This document shows positions 24,813-39,642 of a stretch of 64,000 nucleotides of DNA, in pieces. Numbering within the stretch: position 1 is the stretch's first letter; each line of letters begins with the position of its first letter. Made by a program: the position numbers and the translations under genes. This DNA is from Octopus bimaculoides (Eukaryota), in contig NC_068981.1 of the NCBI RefSeq assembly GCF_001194135.2, forward strand, positions 14,007,968-14,071,967, given 5' to 3'. Below the pieces are notes generated by a model, which made no database searches, was not told where the DNA came from, and saw nothing but the letters and a program-made list of their open reading frames with translations.

Positions 24813-27800
24813 CATGTCCCCCAGCCCCTCACTGATTCTGATCGCTGCAATTTACTGATTGCCAGAAGTTCATTCGCGAGAAAAACGAGTTGATCGCTAT
24901 AGTAGCAATTCCTTCACTAAACTAAACATGACATTTTGCAAATTTCTTCTGAATAGTAACTTTGATTTAATTAGATCTTTGACAAAACTGACATTTTAAT
25001 GTAATGCATCGATAATGAAATACATTTCCTCTTCAATTCATATTTAAAATTTCTTAAAATGAAACAATTTTTGATCGGCTCTATATGAAATGATGTATAT
25101 GTCTGAATGCGCAGCTGATAAACAACAATAAGCTATTTAGATGTCTAAGTATGCGAATTCAATTCTTTTACTCAATTCGAATGAACTGACTAGAATTGGA
25201 TAATTGTGTATATTTCTCAAATTTTCTTATTTTGATGAGTAACGAAAAAAAATGTTAATAAAAGATAAAGACAGCATCAACCAATTGTCTTTGACATAAC
25301 ATAAGATGAATATGAATGATATAAATTCGTATTGACATTATCTGAAGTGATAGTTAAAACTAAGAAAAATAACTAGTTATTTTGTTATTAAGTAGAGTGT
25401 TCTCACTAAAAATTAAGCGTCATATTTAATCATGTATATTTTCATCTATATTTCAGAGATAATCTACTTTTAAATAAATCATACCGTAATTTATCTTATT
25501 CTAGCTTTATTGTAAATGTAATTATTATTTTTATTAGTCATGTTTTTATTTGTGTCTTTCCATCGTTCTACTACGTTTAGGTACCTCTGACTTGAGTTCG
25601 TTTTGTTGTATTTAAAGTATTCTAATCAATACATATGCAATGCTTATTATCACTGTCGTTTATATGTTCACACCGAGGGTTTTCTAATATATTAGTCCAC
25701 ATCGTTTTTAATATTAGCTAAATACTCTTTTTTTTTACTGTAAGTGTTATAGCTCCACGTCTCGCATAAATATATTTGAATAAATTGATCTCATATACAT
25801 GGAAGAATCTATTGTTACACAACTTTTATAGTGCGTGAGGCTGCTTTTTGTGATAGTATTTATGTGAAAACTACGTGACAGTGAAACTATTGCGCTTATA
25901 TCTGACTTATAATTAATGTTTATAAATAACTACAGTTTTTGAATTTTGTACATTTACACAGAAGACAGAGGCTCTTGAAATTGCTGCGTATAAATAAAAT
26001 ATTTAGAGAGCACGAACTTATTGCATGTGATTAATATATATGCTTGTGTGTGTGTGTTTGTGAGAGTGCTCATACGTGCACGTCTATGCACATACATCTG
26101 TGTGCGTGTTTGCATGTGTTGAAACTATTGTCTTCAACTTCAAAAGTATGAAAAATAAAGATGAGTATTTATGCAACGTTCTGATTACTCTGCCAAGTAA
26201 TATGGTTAGGCAAAAATAAATATATCAGTTGTACTATTCAAATACTTGTGTAGTGTTTTACGTTCGATATTGCACGTAGTTGTTCCCAGCTAAAATATGA
26301 GATTATTTGATGTAAATCATCTCAGAATGTATACATTTACACTGTCTCCGTTCAGGAGAATGTAGTTGGTATTACAATGTAGACGAGACATGTCAAACAT
26401 GGCGCTCGGAGGCTGCATGCAGGCCTTTTCAAATGCAAGTAAGGCCCGAGAGAGGCATAGCTTGTGGTTTAGAAATGGTGAAAACTGAAAACATTTTAGT
26501 AATAAAATAATTAATGTTAAACTAACAAAAATAGAATTAGTGATGTGCAAATTAAAGGTTTTTATATAAAACGGAAACTGTTGTTGCAAATGTGTGTTTA
26601 AAATAAGTTGGCCCCCATATCAACAGGTATGTGAGCAATGCAGTCCATAGATACTCTGCAGTTTGACATATTTGGTGTAGAAAACCCAGTGTTGTACTAT
26701 CAGAAGCACTTGTACGCTTGAAAAACCGCCGTGCTAGACTACACTACACTTTAAGTTTTCCTCTGAGCTTCACAATACCATAGAAATATGTACGTGATAT
26801 ATCATCGGTACTTTACCTGAATCTATACTATTTTTGTTTTGACGTGGAGACAACAATCATGACCATATAGTTAGTCATACAAATACCAGTCTGAACTACA
26901 AATATTCAAAATCAAAACATTCTAATATTTGTTTGTTTACCATAATACTCCGTTTAACAAATATTGTAATACGGCTATAAAACAAAATTGAATATAATTT
27001 TAGCGGTGACCTTAGAATTCATTTAGCATTATATTACTCTAGAAACGACAAAATACATTTTTTTCATGTAGCATAATATCTTCATTGAATCATTCTGTAC
27101 TAGTTAAACCTTTCGATATTTCGTAAACTTAATTCATATAAACGGAATATTTGATTGTTATGATATATACTTCGTGCAAATATATATAATATACATAGTA
27201 ACATATAAATATTGCGCAATCATTGTATGAATAATCTATTGTATTTTAGGTGACAAAATCTGTTTTGTTTATTTTTCACTGTGGTGTATAGCATTGCGTA
27301 CATCAGAGATGTACTTAATTCAACTGAATTATTTGGAACGATCAAACAAATTATCAATTGCTAAAATCGTCTTCGTATTGCTATGGGGAAAACACAAACA
27401 ATAGTATTGTGGAAAGTATTTGTTGTATTTAAAGAAAACTATTAAATAATTGGAAATCGGCGTAATGAATCCAAAAGATTTGTACCTCTTGTGGCATGGG
27501 TTTTGTTTCAGTTGAAAACTAATGTTTTGTCAACTGTTTGGAAAGCACTTTTATTATATCACAGAATACAACTATCAGTGTCGGTTCACTCATGGCATTA
27601 TAATCATACTATTTTATTCTTTATGCCTTTGTTTATTAGAAAATAAAATTTGTTGAAGGCCAGTGATTCGGTAACTGAATTTGTTATAGATTCTAAAACA
27701 CTACGTTTATAAAATTTTGATACAGTTCGTCGTCAAATGAAATATTTACCTTCCTTGTGGACATCTAATGAGGCATTTCTTAAACTCACGAAACTATATT

Positions 27801-28234
27801 TCGGGCACTGTTTCTGAAAATTCTGTCATTAGGCAAAAGCTTCATACAAATTCTCATTTCTATTCACGGTGACTCATATTATGCACGGTATTTTGTACTT
27901 TTCCTACAACAGAAAACATGACCCCACAGTGGTACCCATTCATTCTACAGCTACACTCCACCCATAAATATATAGATAGATACTTTTGAAGATACACACG
28001 TGCTTCAAATTGCTACCGTTTCTTTTATTTCTTCTTGCATCTTTCTTTCTCTCTTTTGATAAGGGTTCACTTGAAATATCAGTCTACTTCTTTCCTTTCT
28101 TTTTTGGCGTAGAATTTATTTACACTCCATTTTTTTTATTTTAGCGTCGTACGTTTGTCTTCCTGATGTAATCTCTCATGTTGTCCACGTCTATCTCTTC
28201 CATCTGCGACTTATTAGCCTCGTTCCATTAGTGC

Positions 28235-28291
<57 letters not shown>

Positions 28292-29744
28292 GTTCTATTT
28301 GTAGCCTGTTATATTATGCGGGAAGTGCTAAAAGATACTGTCTAGCATGTTTTCATCGCATGGAATTAATTGTAGTACTCGTATTATATAGTGCAATTAT
28401 TAAATCATATTTATCTATCACAATATAGCGAACTTTTGTTGTTGGTCTTTGCATCACGGAACAGTACACAATATATATGAAATTGCAAATAAATTGGAAA
28501 GCCCAAATATTTTATAACAGGTGTTAATCTCCACGTATTAACCTCCACGAGAAACCTGTAATATTCAAACGTTAGGGAAAAAACGAAATGTTGGGAATAT
28601 TTGAAGAGCAATTGAGTCGAATATATATATATATATATATATACATACAAAGGGACATAAACATATATTTTATCATTTGTACATTCTTTCTCATTAACAT
28701 GTTTTAAGCCATTAAGTGCAATCTTTGTAATTTTCTGCCAATCCGAAGCTAAAAGAATTGATCTTTTGTTTAACAATTTCGATTCAGCTGGCAGTGTAAA
28801 TATTGATCAATTGAAAAATAAATATTGGAACCAATATAAAATATTTGATATTGCAGAGAGAGAAAATAATTGATGACATCTTCTGTCACAGTAATCGAAG
28901 TAATTATTTGCCCGCAGAAGTTACAGTTACAAGTCATTTAAAGCTAAATATTACAGATTGAAAGTCTAAATTAATTAAATATTGAAAGTCAATGATGATG
29001 CATATGGCAAGCAAAGATGTTAAATCATTATCATTTATATTGTAACGTTGAAATCTTTCTATATTCCACATTCCCTGTTAAGAAACATCTCTGAGAGACA
29101 ATCTTCCTTGAAAGGCAAAATTAATTATTTCAGCAAATACATGAAAAATACATTGTTTACTAGAGTTGTATTTATTATGGAAATTCAAAAAATGTAAGGT
29201 GTAATTTTTATTCTGCAAAACAAAACACACAAACACAAACATTTTTATCTTTATGTGTTTCAGTCATTAGACTACGGCCATGCCGAGGCACCGCCTTCAA
29301 GAATTTTTAGTCGAACGAAGTGAACCCAGAAATTATTTTTTTTCTTTTAAAGGCTGGTACTTACTCTATTTCTTCATTTTGCAAACGGTTGAGTTACGGG
29401 GACGTAAATACACCAGCCCCGGTTGTCAAGCGGCGCTGGGAAACAAGCAAACATACACACAAACAAATGCACCCAAACATGCACACGATGGGCTTCTTTC
29501 AGTTTCTGTCACAACGTTTTGGTAGATGGAAAGTGATTCACAAGGCTTTGGTAGACGGAAAGTGACAGAAAACCGAAACTATACTAGTAGTTATTTGCTT
29601 AAGATGACTGCAGCGGGACTGAACACAGAACCATGTTGTTTCGAAGGAAGCCACTCACCCTACATACACGAATGTACGTATATACCGTACTATATATACT
29701 ATATGTCTTGTAGAATGATACATTAAGGTGCATTTTTATGACTT

Positions 29745-30056
29745 CTACTGGATTGCTCGCAAAATTAACGTGCAAGTGGCTGAGCACTCCACAGATAAGT
29801 GTACCCTAAGCGTAGTTCTTGGGGTGATTCAACGTCATACACTGTGTGACAAGGCTGGCTCTTTGAAATACAGGTACCAGAGAAATAGGAAGAAAGATTG
29901 AAAGTTGTGCTGAAAGGGTGGATTCGCCACCACCCCCTGCCGGAGCCTCGTGGAGCTGTAGGCGTTTTCGCTCAATTAACACTCGATCTGGGAATCGAAA
30001 CCGCGATCCTACGACCATGAGTCCGCTGCCCTAACCACTGGGCCATTATGCCTTCA
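29745..30056 (-). mobile_element. tRNA-derived SINE, family C
   Basis: Minus-strand head GGCATAATGGCCCAGTGGTTAGGG...GGTTTCGATTCCC. The body (aaattaacgtgcaagt..gagcactcc..ttgaaatacaggta) is shared with ~18470-18770. Confidence 0.7.
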
Positions 30057-30621
30057 CAAACCTATACATACATTGGAGGGGATGTAGTTGTAAACACATA
30101 AGAATGTGCTGCATCTAGACTTATATCAATAATTGCTTCTAATTCATTCAGAATGCTGAGAGCTATATATTAATGGTTTGATGCGGACCTATTATAGGTA
30201 CTACAACACAAATTCCAGACTAAAATCTATCTACATTTATCTAGAAATGGAAAAATTGTTTTGATAATTAGAGGACAATATATAACATCCGCAATACACT
30301 ATGTTAAGTTAGAAAAAAGGTAATAATAGACAAGTCATTAGTGGCTACTTGTAAACATACATCTACAAACTGCCCACACATTGGCAGATATACAGTATAG
30401 CCTATACAGAATTTTAGCTATACTGCTTTGCACACTTAAATATATTACTTCTCAAATACGCCTACACGTTTTCCTCAACACAGGGAAAATGGAAAGAAAG
30501 CGATAGTAATTGTAGTTTCATAAATCGATAAAAACATATAACAGAATTACTGAAAGGAAGGACATTCAGGAATTTCTAACGAATTTTGACCACCAAAGTT
30601 ACAGAAAGAGAAATCATTTCT

Positions 30622-30708
<87 letters not shown>

Positions 30709-31329
30709 TCACACGCACACGCCCTCAGACACAATATGCACGGACGCACGCATATATTTGTGAAGTAAGGCATTGTTTACCGTTGTGATATATGAATGAA
30801 ATTATTGTTGTAATAAAATTCAACAATGAGTTTTTGAATGAATGCGTTCTGCTAATGTTTAACAAACCTATTATGCACAGACATACATTGTCACAAAAAC
30901 ATAAACACACACACATACACAGATACATACATGTATTTACAGATATGTGTGCACGAGTGTGCCTGCGTATTTGTGTGGTCCTCTATTTTTGTGTTTTTGT
31001 ATGTATTGACGTGTGAATGTGTATTCCTGTCCCACCGTTTGACGACCAGTCTTCGTTTGTACAAGTCCCCAGCGAATGAAGCCGGTAGAAAAAGAAATGG
31101 GATATTAGTGAGACACAGTGAGAGTGCGTTTGAATGTATGTGTGTGCGTGCGTGTATTTGAATGTGTGTACGCGCGCGCGTGTTGTAGTGTCAAAACTTA
31201 GCTATGGGTTTCACATGAATGAGCTTGATTATATCAGTATTTAAGTAAAGATGTATGCGCAGGCTCATCTTAGACATTATTTTCCTTTATATATGTATAT
31301 TTATGCGTGTGCATGTGTACAATTTTATT

Positions 31330-31388
<59 letters not shown>

Positions 31389-31500
31389 ATATACAGTTAA
31401 CCCAATAAAAAACAAAGAACAAACACAAAAAAAAATCAATAACGCGAGGACGTAGTGCATGTAAAGTATTAGCAGACGCTCAGGGAAGGAAATAAAGATG

Positions 31501-31535
31501 GTTTAAGGTTTCGAGCAAAGCTCTTCTTCAGAAAC
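31501..31535 (-). ncRNA. Solo minimal hammerhead motif in a ~200-bp repeat
   Basis: GUUU-CUGAAGA-A-GAGC(UUU)GCUC-GAA-ACCU-U|AAAC. Helix III ACCU is one change from the palindrome ACGU. Confidence 0.55.
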
Positions 31536-31611
31536 AGAGGAAAGTCCAATAGAAAAAGAAGACGGAGTAAGAAAATCGCTAACGATTCACATGTGGTTAC
31601 ATTTTGAAATG

Positions 31612-31659
<48 letters not shown>

Positions 31660-33983
31660 TGTCTCTGCGTGTACAGAAACATATGTATTGTGTATTTTTC
31701 TTATATATATAGTGACATGTAAAAACAGTATTAAATTTAATGTTCCAAGGTATAGATTGAAGTGATTAAAAAAAAGGACCTTCATGTCGGTTGCCTTTTG
31801 TCAGAGCAAAGAAAGACACACACACACACACACATATATATATGTATATTGCAAAATGTAACCACACGCACCGAACCAGTGCGTGTGTTTATTACCGGCA
31901 TAATGCTTCTCCCAAGGTTTAATAGTATTTCTTTCAACACACGTATTCACATCAAGAATCTTGCACACCAAATACACATACGAAATAAATTTGACAGATA
32001 GTTCATAATTTATTTTCAATAGATATTTCTTTATGAATACACAATTTTTATTCGATAATAGGTAATTATGATAGAGAATACACACACACACAGACACACA
32101 CAGACACACATACAGACACACACACACATACAAACACAGACACACACACACACACACACACACTCACAAATACACACACGCTCACACGCATGCAGACAAA
32201 CACACACACACACATATATTAATAAATATTAATTGAATCTAATTGAAATCAGTTTATTATTAATCATCAGAAATATTGGAAGTATGCTAATAGTTGCTGG
32301 TTTTTAAATTCTTGATGATTTGGGATAAATTGGTTTAAATTAATTTAATCTATATACATACATGCTTAAACTTACACACACATACATATATAAAATGAGC
32401 CGACCACTTTACAACAATTTCTATTTCAACAAAAGTTTGCATCAAGAGTCTTGGGAAACCATTACAAAAACTACTTCCTATGAACTGAATAGTTAATATA
32501 CATAAAGAATTCTTCCATGAGCTTTGTCAATGTCTTCAATATGCTCTTCATCTAAGTAACGAAGTCCGACCCTTGGGATATCATTGTAGTTTGGCCCCCA
32601 GAACCTATGCTAGTACATGTTAATACAAACAGACGTTGGCCCAATCTATACTATAAATCGTATATTTCAGCGAACATTCAGCATTCTAAGGAATCCAGGC
32701 ACTGATTAGCCGATGTATTTATTCTAAGACGGTAACTGAGACGTTGGATGGGGGATGGATTTAGCCGCAAAATTAGCAGGTCTCGCGAACGCATAGATAC
32801 TTCTTCATTCGGTTTTCATGTTGATGGTGTTATAACTTGGTCTTAGTTATAGTTTAAAAGAAAGAAATGAATCACCTACATGTGTTTTATCAATAATGTA
32901 TGTAAGAAACAGAGGCAAAAAGGAGAAAGTGAAAATTTGTTCCTGATATTATTTACATAATGGCTACACTTTAACTATTCATAGGAATATTACACTTTTG
33001 TTCGTGATTCAGATATTGTGGTTTAGATGTTGGTAACAGAATGACTTGTTGTCTATGAGTCGTTAAGTAAAAACCAAAATGCTGTAAATATTAGGTCGAC
33101 AATATTTCTTCGAACAATACATGCAAATCTTATACAAAAATTTCATTACCGCAAATAGATGTCTAAGTCGAATTTTATTGGGAAGAATTCGATTAAGAAA
33201 TCATGGCGAACAATAAGATTTGGTTTGTAAATGAACATAAAAAATAATCTGACGCTTTCTCGAACAATGTTCGCCGACCGAAATGATCAGAAAAAGCACT
33301 TAATGATGTAGTATTCAATTTCTGCAGTCTTTGTCAGTAGATGTATGAGTAAACGGCTATTCTAAATGCTATGGTTGCTATTTCTCTCCATCATGTTTTT
33401 AATTGAGTTTCGAATTGCGGAATCACTTTATTGACAGGATATATTGAGGAAACCAATTTTAATTAATTGTTGAATGATGGTATCGATATATAAAAGACAA
33501 TTTCTAAAAGCCAAATGAAAAATGAAGGCTGAATTAAAATGAGAATAAATGAGATTTCATGGCGTCATACTGTCAATAATATCTACTTATACAACACCCA
33601 CTAAGTGACTATCTAAATTCTGTTGTTTTTTGGCTTTCGGTCAACCCGTAGAAAGCAGATCTATCACCATGTCGGCTTTTTATATAATCAGGATCTATAT
33701 TAACCAATGTAGACTTCTTTTTGAATGAGAGGTAATTATGGTTTCGTTGTTATATGAAAGCTTAAAGTGTTCCTTATCAGCCTTGTATAAAGAGTGCTCT
33801 TATTAACACAATTTTGATAAGCATACTCTGCTGCCTTGATCAACAGCACCAAGTGACCTAGGGATGCATGCATGAATGTCGTTCGGAATTGGTCGGTCAC
33901 TGGATGGGGATTCTGTGATCTGTCTGTACATCTTCTGTCTCTACCTTTCCAAATGATTTTAGACTATATCTAAACACACTGGT

Positions 33984-34035
<52 letters not shown>

Positions 34036-35439
34036 GTATTTTTTAATGTTTCAGTTGCAAAGCTGCAGTCATGCTGGAGCACCACCATTGACTGAGCTAC
34101 ACCATCATTTGGAAATCTTTCTAATATGTAGCATTTGGCTTTTGAGTTAACTAAATTTAATCTCATTCCAACTACCTAGTATGCAATGACATATTACGTA
34201 GTACCCTCTTCCATCTGTCATTCAGGTTCCTCAACTTTGCCAGTTTTAATCCAACTGTTTCAGATAAGAAGCGTGTTTCACTCCTAACCCAACAGAATAT
34301 ATTCTTATGTGTATGTCCGTCCATACTCCACTTACAATAACTCAAACCCCCAAGACACTAATGGTTCATGCATGGGTTCTCTGAATTTCTTCAAACGTGC
34401 TAGTTCCTACCGTAATGCCTTCGATTTCTCGGAGCTAGACGTCTTGTACTTCCTCCACTAATGCACTCCGTTCTGTTCAGCCTCTTCTTAAATCTATTCT
34501 CTCAGTTCCGTACAAACTATTATATATTTTCCTTTCTATCTCAATCATAGGACACATAGAGGCAGGCGTTGACTTACATCAATTTCAATTAAATACCAAC
34601 GGCACCAATCTCCCTGATCTCCAAGGCCCTGCAAATGTCATGTCATTTCCCCGTTCTTCAAAACTCAAGATGGAAAAGACTACGTACATTCAATGGTGTT
34701 CTAGAAAATATTTTTCATTTCCTTAGATTTTGAATATTGCGTGATATGAGGAAGGAAAGATATATACCCAGAAGGGGGAAATATATAAGCTTGTTGTAAG
34801 ATATCTATTCAAAATAATAGATTTCTTTAATAACTCATATTTAGATTCAACAGAGCTTCTTAAACTTAAGCATCAAATGTCTATTCATTCGATGTGGTTC
34901 TTGTTATTTGAAGGACAGCATTGACAAAACAAGCAGTTAGCGCTGACATGTTCATAGATACTATCGTTGCAGTATGACCTGGAAGCTTGCCAAGTTTAAT
35001 ATTTTTTCTATGACGAGGGTAGCACTTATAATCTTAAAAGTTTGTAACTAAACATTCGTAATAGCATTTGTAAAACTTTGTAATATGATTGTTTCACAAT
35101 GTTTCCATGTTACAATTGGGAATCTCATCTTCTTATGCATTTGTATATATAATGTTCTTAATTTTGAGGTTTAACATAAAAGGAATATATCATAAATGAT
35201 TTGCTTCCATATGTCTACATTTATTCTTCAACAAACGTGAATTCATTTCAGTATGAGGGTTATAAATGTGTTTTCTTCCAGAATTCAGTTTTGCATACAT
35301 TAATGTTTTGAAATCTAAAACTTTTAAGCATCCTTTGTAGAAATCGTGAATATTTCAACAGTTAACCAAAAACCAAATTAAAAGTGGAACCTGAATTTGC
35401 ATCAAATGATGTTGAACAGCTGCCCTAAGTACTTCCATG

Positions 35440-35900
35440 CAGTTACCACGTGCGATAAGAAGTAGAAGGCTGAACTGGATGCTATGATTATAGGTGGTGA
35501 CACAAAAATGCGTTAGCTTCTGCATTGTAATCTTAGAAGTGGAGACGTTAGCAGGAAGGCCGAATTTGCTTTAGTCATAAATGTTGGATGATGACCGAAA
35601 GAGTACGATTATGAATACGAATGGCTGAAATGTGTTCCTCCGAAGGATCTTTGGAAAAACGTCACTCGATAGGGTGGCGTATCGCGGAGATCAGGGACTT
35701 TCTCCGCGTCGTACCTCTGCTTCAACGCATTGGAGAGTCGCAGCTCCAGCGCTACTGACAGGTGATTAGAATGTTGTAGAAAAGAATCCCAAGACGGATA
35801 CTTGAAACCAAGCCAACCGGCAAAAGAAAAATGAGGCAGCTGGATAATATAGCCCCTGTTGGTCACACATTGGATTGCATCCAGAAAATCTAACAAACTT
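35440..35900 (+). mobile_element. RTE-clade LINE fragment (RT C-terminal region)
   Basis: SHKCWMMTERVR...MAEMC/FLRRIFGKTSLDRV/EIRDFLRVVPLLQRIGESQL...VIRML*KRIPRRILETKPTGKRK across frameshifts. Confidence 0.75.
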
Positions 35901-37421
35901 TGCTTTTGATAGGACCTTATGGAGGAGTTGTCGGAGGATTCTCTCCCAACAATCCTAAGAATAATGGTCGGAAAAGATTGATAAATGATGTTAAATATTT
36001 GGGAAATATTTTGAAATGTACAGCTTCTAAAGTCATTTAATCATTTTATTTTCAAGGTTTCATTTGTTAAACGAGTGTCAATGTAATAGAACATATATTT
36101 CAATTGAATAATGCTAATGTTAAAATTGATTTGTGGTTTCTAATTTCTTTTCCAGCTACTTCGTCTAAAGTATAGTATTTATTATTCGTTCTAATACGGA
36201 TATATCATTATGGCTTTTGTTCTTGCTGAAAAGCATTTTCAGAGCACTTTTACTTATTGTTTTAAGAGTATTTTTAAATGTTGATGTCATATAAAAGAAT
36301 GCTGATTTACCAGTCTCAAATTTTGTCTCGGTTCAGGTGTATTTTCAAATTTCTACACACACACACACACACCACGCTATCTCACTCTCTCTCGCACATG
36401 CGCGCACACATACATTGCACATTTATATTTAGTTATACCTCAATACGAAACTACTCTAACCACCCAACGTTTTGTGACAACGCACTTATTCACGCTGCAT
36501 TTCGTCACATGTATAAGTATAATTAATATCAGAGTATTTCGATAATAAAAATGTGTTTAATTTGTTTGCTTCTGTGAAGGCGATAAGTGTTGGCTGTTTC
36601 TTCTTGATTGTCTCGTGGGTGATAACATGTTAAGGTGAAGAGCGTGATGGCAGTTGCGAAAGGGTGAATCGTTAAAATAAAAAAAATGAGAGAACCGGAA
36701 ATAGGGAAAACTAAGAGATTATAATCAAAGAAAATTCGATGAGAAGCACTTTTAAATTCCCAGTGTATTTCTGAGGTGTTAATTCGGTGAATGTGATGCG
36801 TCCTACTTTCGTAAAACTGCTCCTCAAATGTGTGCATTTATATTTCTGAGATGGCTTACTTAAACAGAACTTTTCATTATGAAAGTTTCGGAAGACTTTT
36901 CTCTGATGCAGGCAGTTTACATCATACCCTTCTATTTCTGAAGGGTTCAGAGATTTCGTTAATTTAGCATGCATTCAAACTACAAACACTTTAGTTTTAA
37001 CTTTCTCACTCCTCGGGTCTAAATGTGTGTAAAGACCTGAAATGCATCGCAAGTTTTTAGCTCAAAGCGGGGACAGCATGCCAACTAATTTTTCCTCACT
37101 AGAGCTTTAATCTTTATACTTCTCAACCGGGTTGACTATTCTCTAATAGATTAAGCTGTACTTGAAAACAAAAACAGATATTAAAAATTATCAAATTTAG
37201 CATGAGCGCCCTGTATATACTAACATTTAGAATGACAGTGATTTTGAAATGTCGCTATCACTATTACTAGACTGTCTGTTATTGGATTTTGAGCTCACCA
37301 CTTGTAGCAAATATACATTATGCACTATACATACACACACACACAGACACACACACGCATACACACACACAAACACACACACACGCACACATATACACAT
37401 ACACACACACANNNNNNNNNN

Positions 37422-37463
<42 letters not shown>

Positions 37464-37559
37464 TATGAGTGTATAATTTTAAATATACGGAAATTAATTT
37501 ATATTATAAAAGCAGAATTCATGTGACTACACCAATTTAGAATAATAATACAACATATA

Positions 37560-39330
37560 TTTTTGGCAGTTAGTAAAACTCCAACTTTAATGATACTAAG
37601 GGTACTCGAATCACATCCTTAGACGTTTTCTGTATAACAACGGACTCATCTGACTCCGCCCAAAAAACAGAATTCTTGCAGCTAAAGCAATATTTTCCCA
37701 ACATTTCCGGCGGTCTGTCTCTATAGAGACGATGCACTTTTCGCAACTAAAAATTTATCCCGTCCGGCGATTGAACGCACTAAGAAATCTTAGATAGAAT
37801 TCTTTAAAAGATAATAATTCAAATATTGTATTTGAAATGGAAAATAAGGTAGCCAACTTCTTGAATATCACACTTAACCTTAATACTAATCTTCACTTAT
37901 CCATATAGTAAGCCCAACCGAACACTTCAGTACCTAAATATTCTTTCTAATCATCCTAGATGAACCCTCAATAGCATGGTAACAACCATTTCTATTAGAA
38001 TTACAAGCTTATCTGCCAATGAAGAAATATTCAACACTCATATTCCATATTACAACCAATCTCTAAAATTAAATGGCTTCAAAAGTAAAATATTGTATAT
38101 CTTTGATACAATGCTCAAAATTAGAATTGCCAAACTCTTCACGAGAACTAACTCACAATCTAAAACTGTGGCCTCCGCTTTAAATAAACCAATTAGATAT
38201 ATGTATATAAAAAAAAAAACACTTACGGATAACATCCGTGTAAATAATATGTCATTTAGGAATTAGCATAAGTATAAATCATATAAATCCGACCAAATTA
38301 ATGAAACCAAATTCTCAAAATCTACGAAACGGGTAATTATATCGTTCGCCCTACCCTTCTCTCTTCAGGCTAGATCATTACCAAAACTATTCTTTAAAAT
38401 TTTGAAACAAGTTGTCTGATTCAAACTTAGACTTCAGAGGTCTACCCACCCAAATACTTGTATTACACCCCATAACTCAAAAACCCATACTAGGTATAAC
38501 AAAAACGATATGCCAAAAACGATATACCTTCTACCAGTTGAGGGTATTCTGATGTCTGTTAAACGGAAGACATGTAATTGTCGCATCCCGGACTCATGCC
38601 CACTTGCTGGAATGTCTGCGCAGCAATGTAGTTTATAAGGGCTGCCTAGAGATTGTTTCCACACAGAGGGTAAGTGTTTATTTAGGAAGTTCTATTGATT
38701 TTAAGCGTCACTATAGGGCTCGTTTGAATTCTTTTACTAACTTCAAATAGAAATTTATAACAACGTTAGCCACACATATACACGAACTTAAGTTAAAGAA
38801 TATATAATATTCATTATCTTGGTCAATAATAGCAGAAGCCAGTCTATGTAATGCAATTACGCGTGTATGTAAACAATGTATTAAAGAATCTATAAATATC
38901 CTCCGTCTATATAAATCTACATTATTGAATAAGTTCCCGGATGTTATGTACTCTTGTAATCATAGATGCCATTCAACATTTAAGCATTTTGGTCAATCTA
39001 GATAGAATCATAATTTAACTCTATAATTAGTTACATTCCACCGAATATTTATACTCGCACTCCCTTCACTTTCCTCTTCACTTGTTTGTAATCTCTGATA
39101 TTTTCTAAATATACTTCCCACAATTCTTGCTATAATATTTCCTCTTCCTGCTAACATGTACATCTCTTTATAAAACCAAACACCTACGTACTCATTATGA
39201 CAGTCTATGAGATGTGAATCTTTAACTAATACATTCTCCTTAACGAAGGAGGTAGTGACTATAATTTGGATAGGAATATCCTTTATTTGTATGGAATACT
39301 GTAACCTTGAAACGGCCGTCGGAGTATAAC
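37560..39330 (+). mobile_element. Decayed Penelope-like retroelement (RT plus GIY-YIG, 3' terminal hammerhead)
   Basis: Across frameshifts: GG-LYRDD (YRDD 37722-37733), ANFLNITLNL, PYSKPN...SNHP, RITSLSANEEIF...YYNQSLKLNGF, CNCR-x4-CPLAG-CL-x3-VVYK (38573), VYLGSSIDFKRHY, CKQCIKE, LNK...CNH. This is the PLE motif order. HHR remnant at 39236-39324. Confidence 0.85.
39236..39324 (+). ncRNA. Degenerate hammerhead at the 3' terminus of the PLE
   Basis: CUCC-[UUAACGA, decayed core]-AGG...CCUU-GAA-ACGGCCGU-C|GGAG, with palindromic helix III and a GUC triplet. Confidence 0.6.
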
Positions 39331-39570
39331 CATTTAATTCTTGAAATTGGAAACTTTATCTTTCATATGGATGCATAAACATTTCTTTCCTCGCCTTTTC
39401 ACGAGGATTTAAACTTTTAATTTTTTATATATTTTTTTAATAACTTTTTAACAACACTCTTAATCTGTAGTAGGACAATGTCTTTATCATATACCTATTC
39501 AAATGCTAATAAATTTTTATACATCTATATAGTTTTTCTACCCATAGAAGCTGTCTGTGTAATAAACAAA

Positions 39571-39642
39571 AATATAAATACATTAGTTTATATATATATA
39601 TTAATATATATATATATATATATAAACTAATGTATTTATATT
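39571..39642. repeat. AT-rich palindrome centred on (TA)n
   Basis: Perfect 22-bp arms aatataaatacattagtttata / tataaactaatgtatttatatt around a TA tract. Confidence 0.9.

Noticed and set aside
26326-26440. Cys-rich plus-strand candidate exon (ECIHLHCLRSGECSWYY...)
   Set aside because: Weak acceptor, no recognisable domain and no partner exons.
30050-30170. Minus-strand ELEAIIDISLDAAHSYVFT as a candidate for the end of receptor exon 2
   Set aside because: No phase-1 donor after it, a stop close upstream, and only weak similarity.
37961-37963. In-frame TGA in the PLE ORF (SNHPR*TLNS) as possible selenocysteine
   Set aside because: The copy has many other stops and frameshifts, so one TGA cannot be separated from decay without a family consensus.
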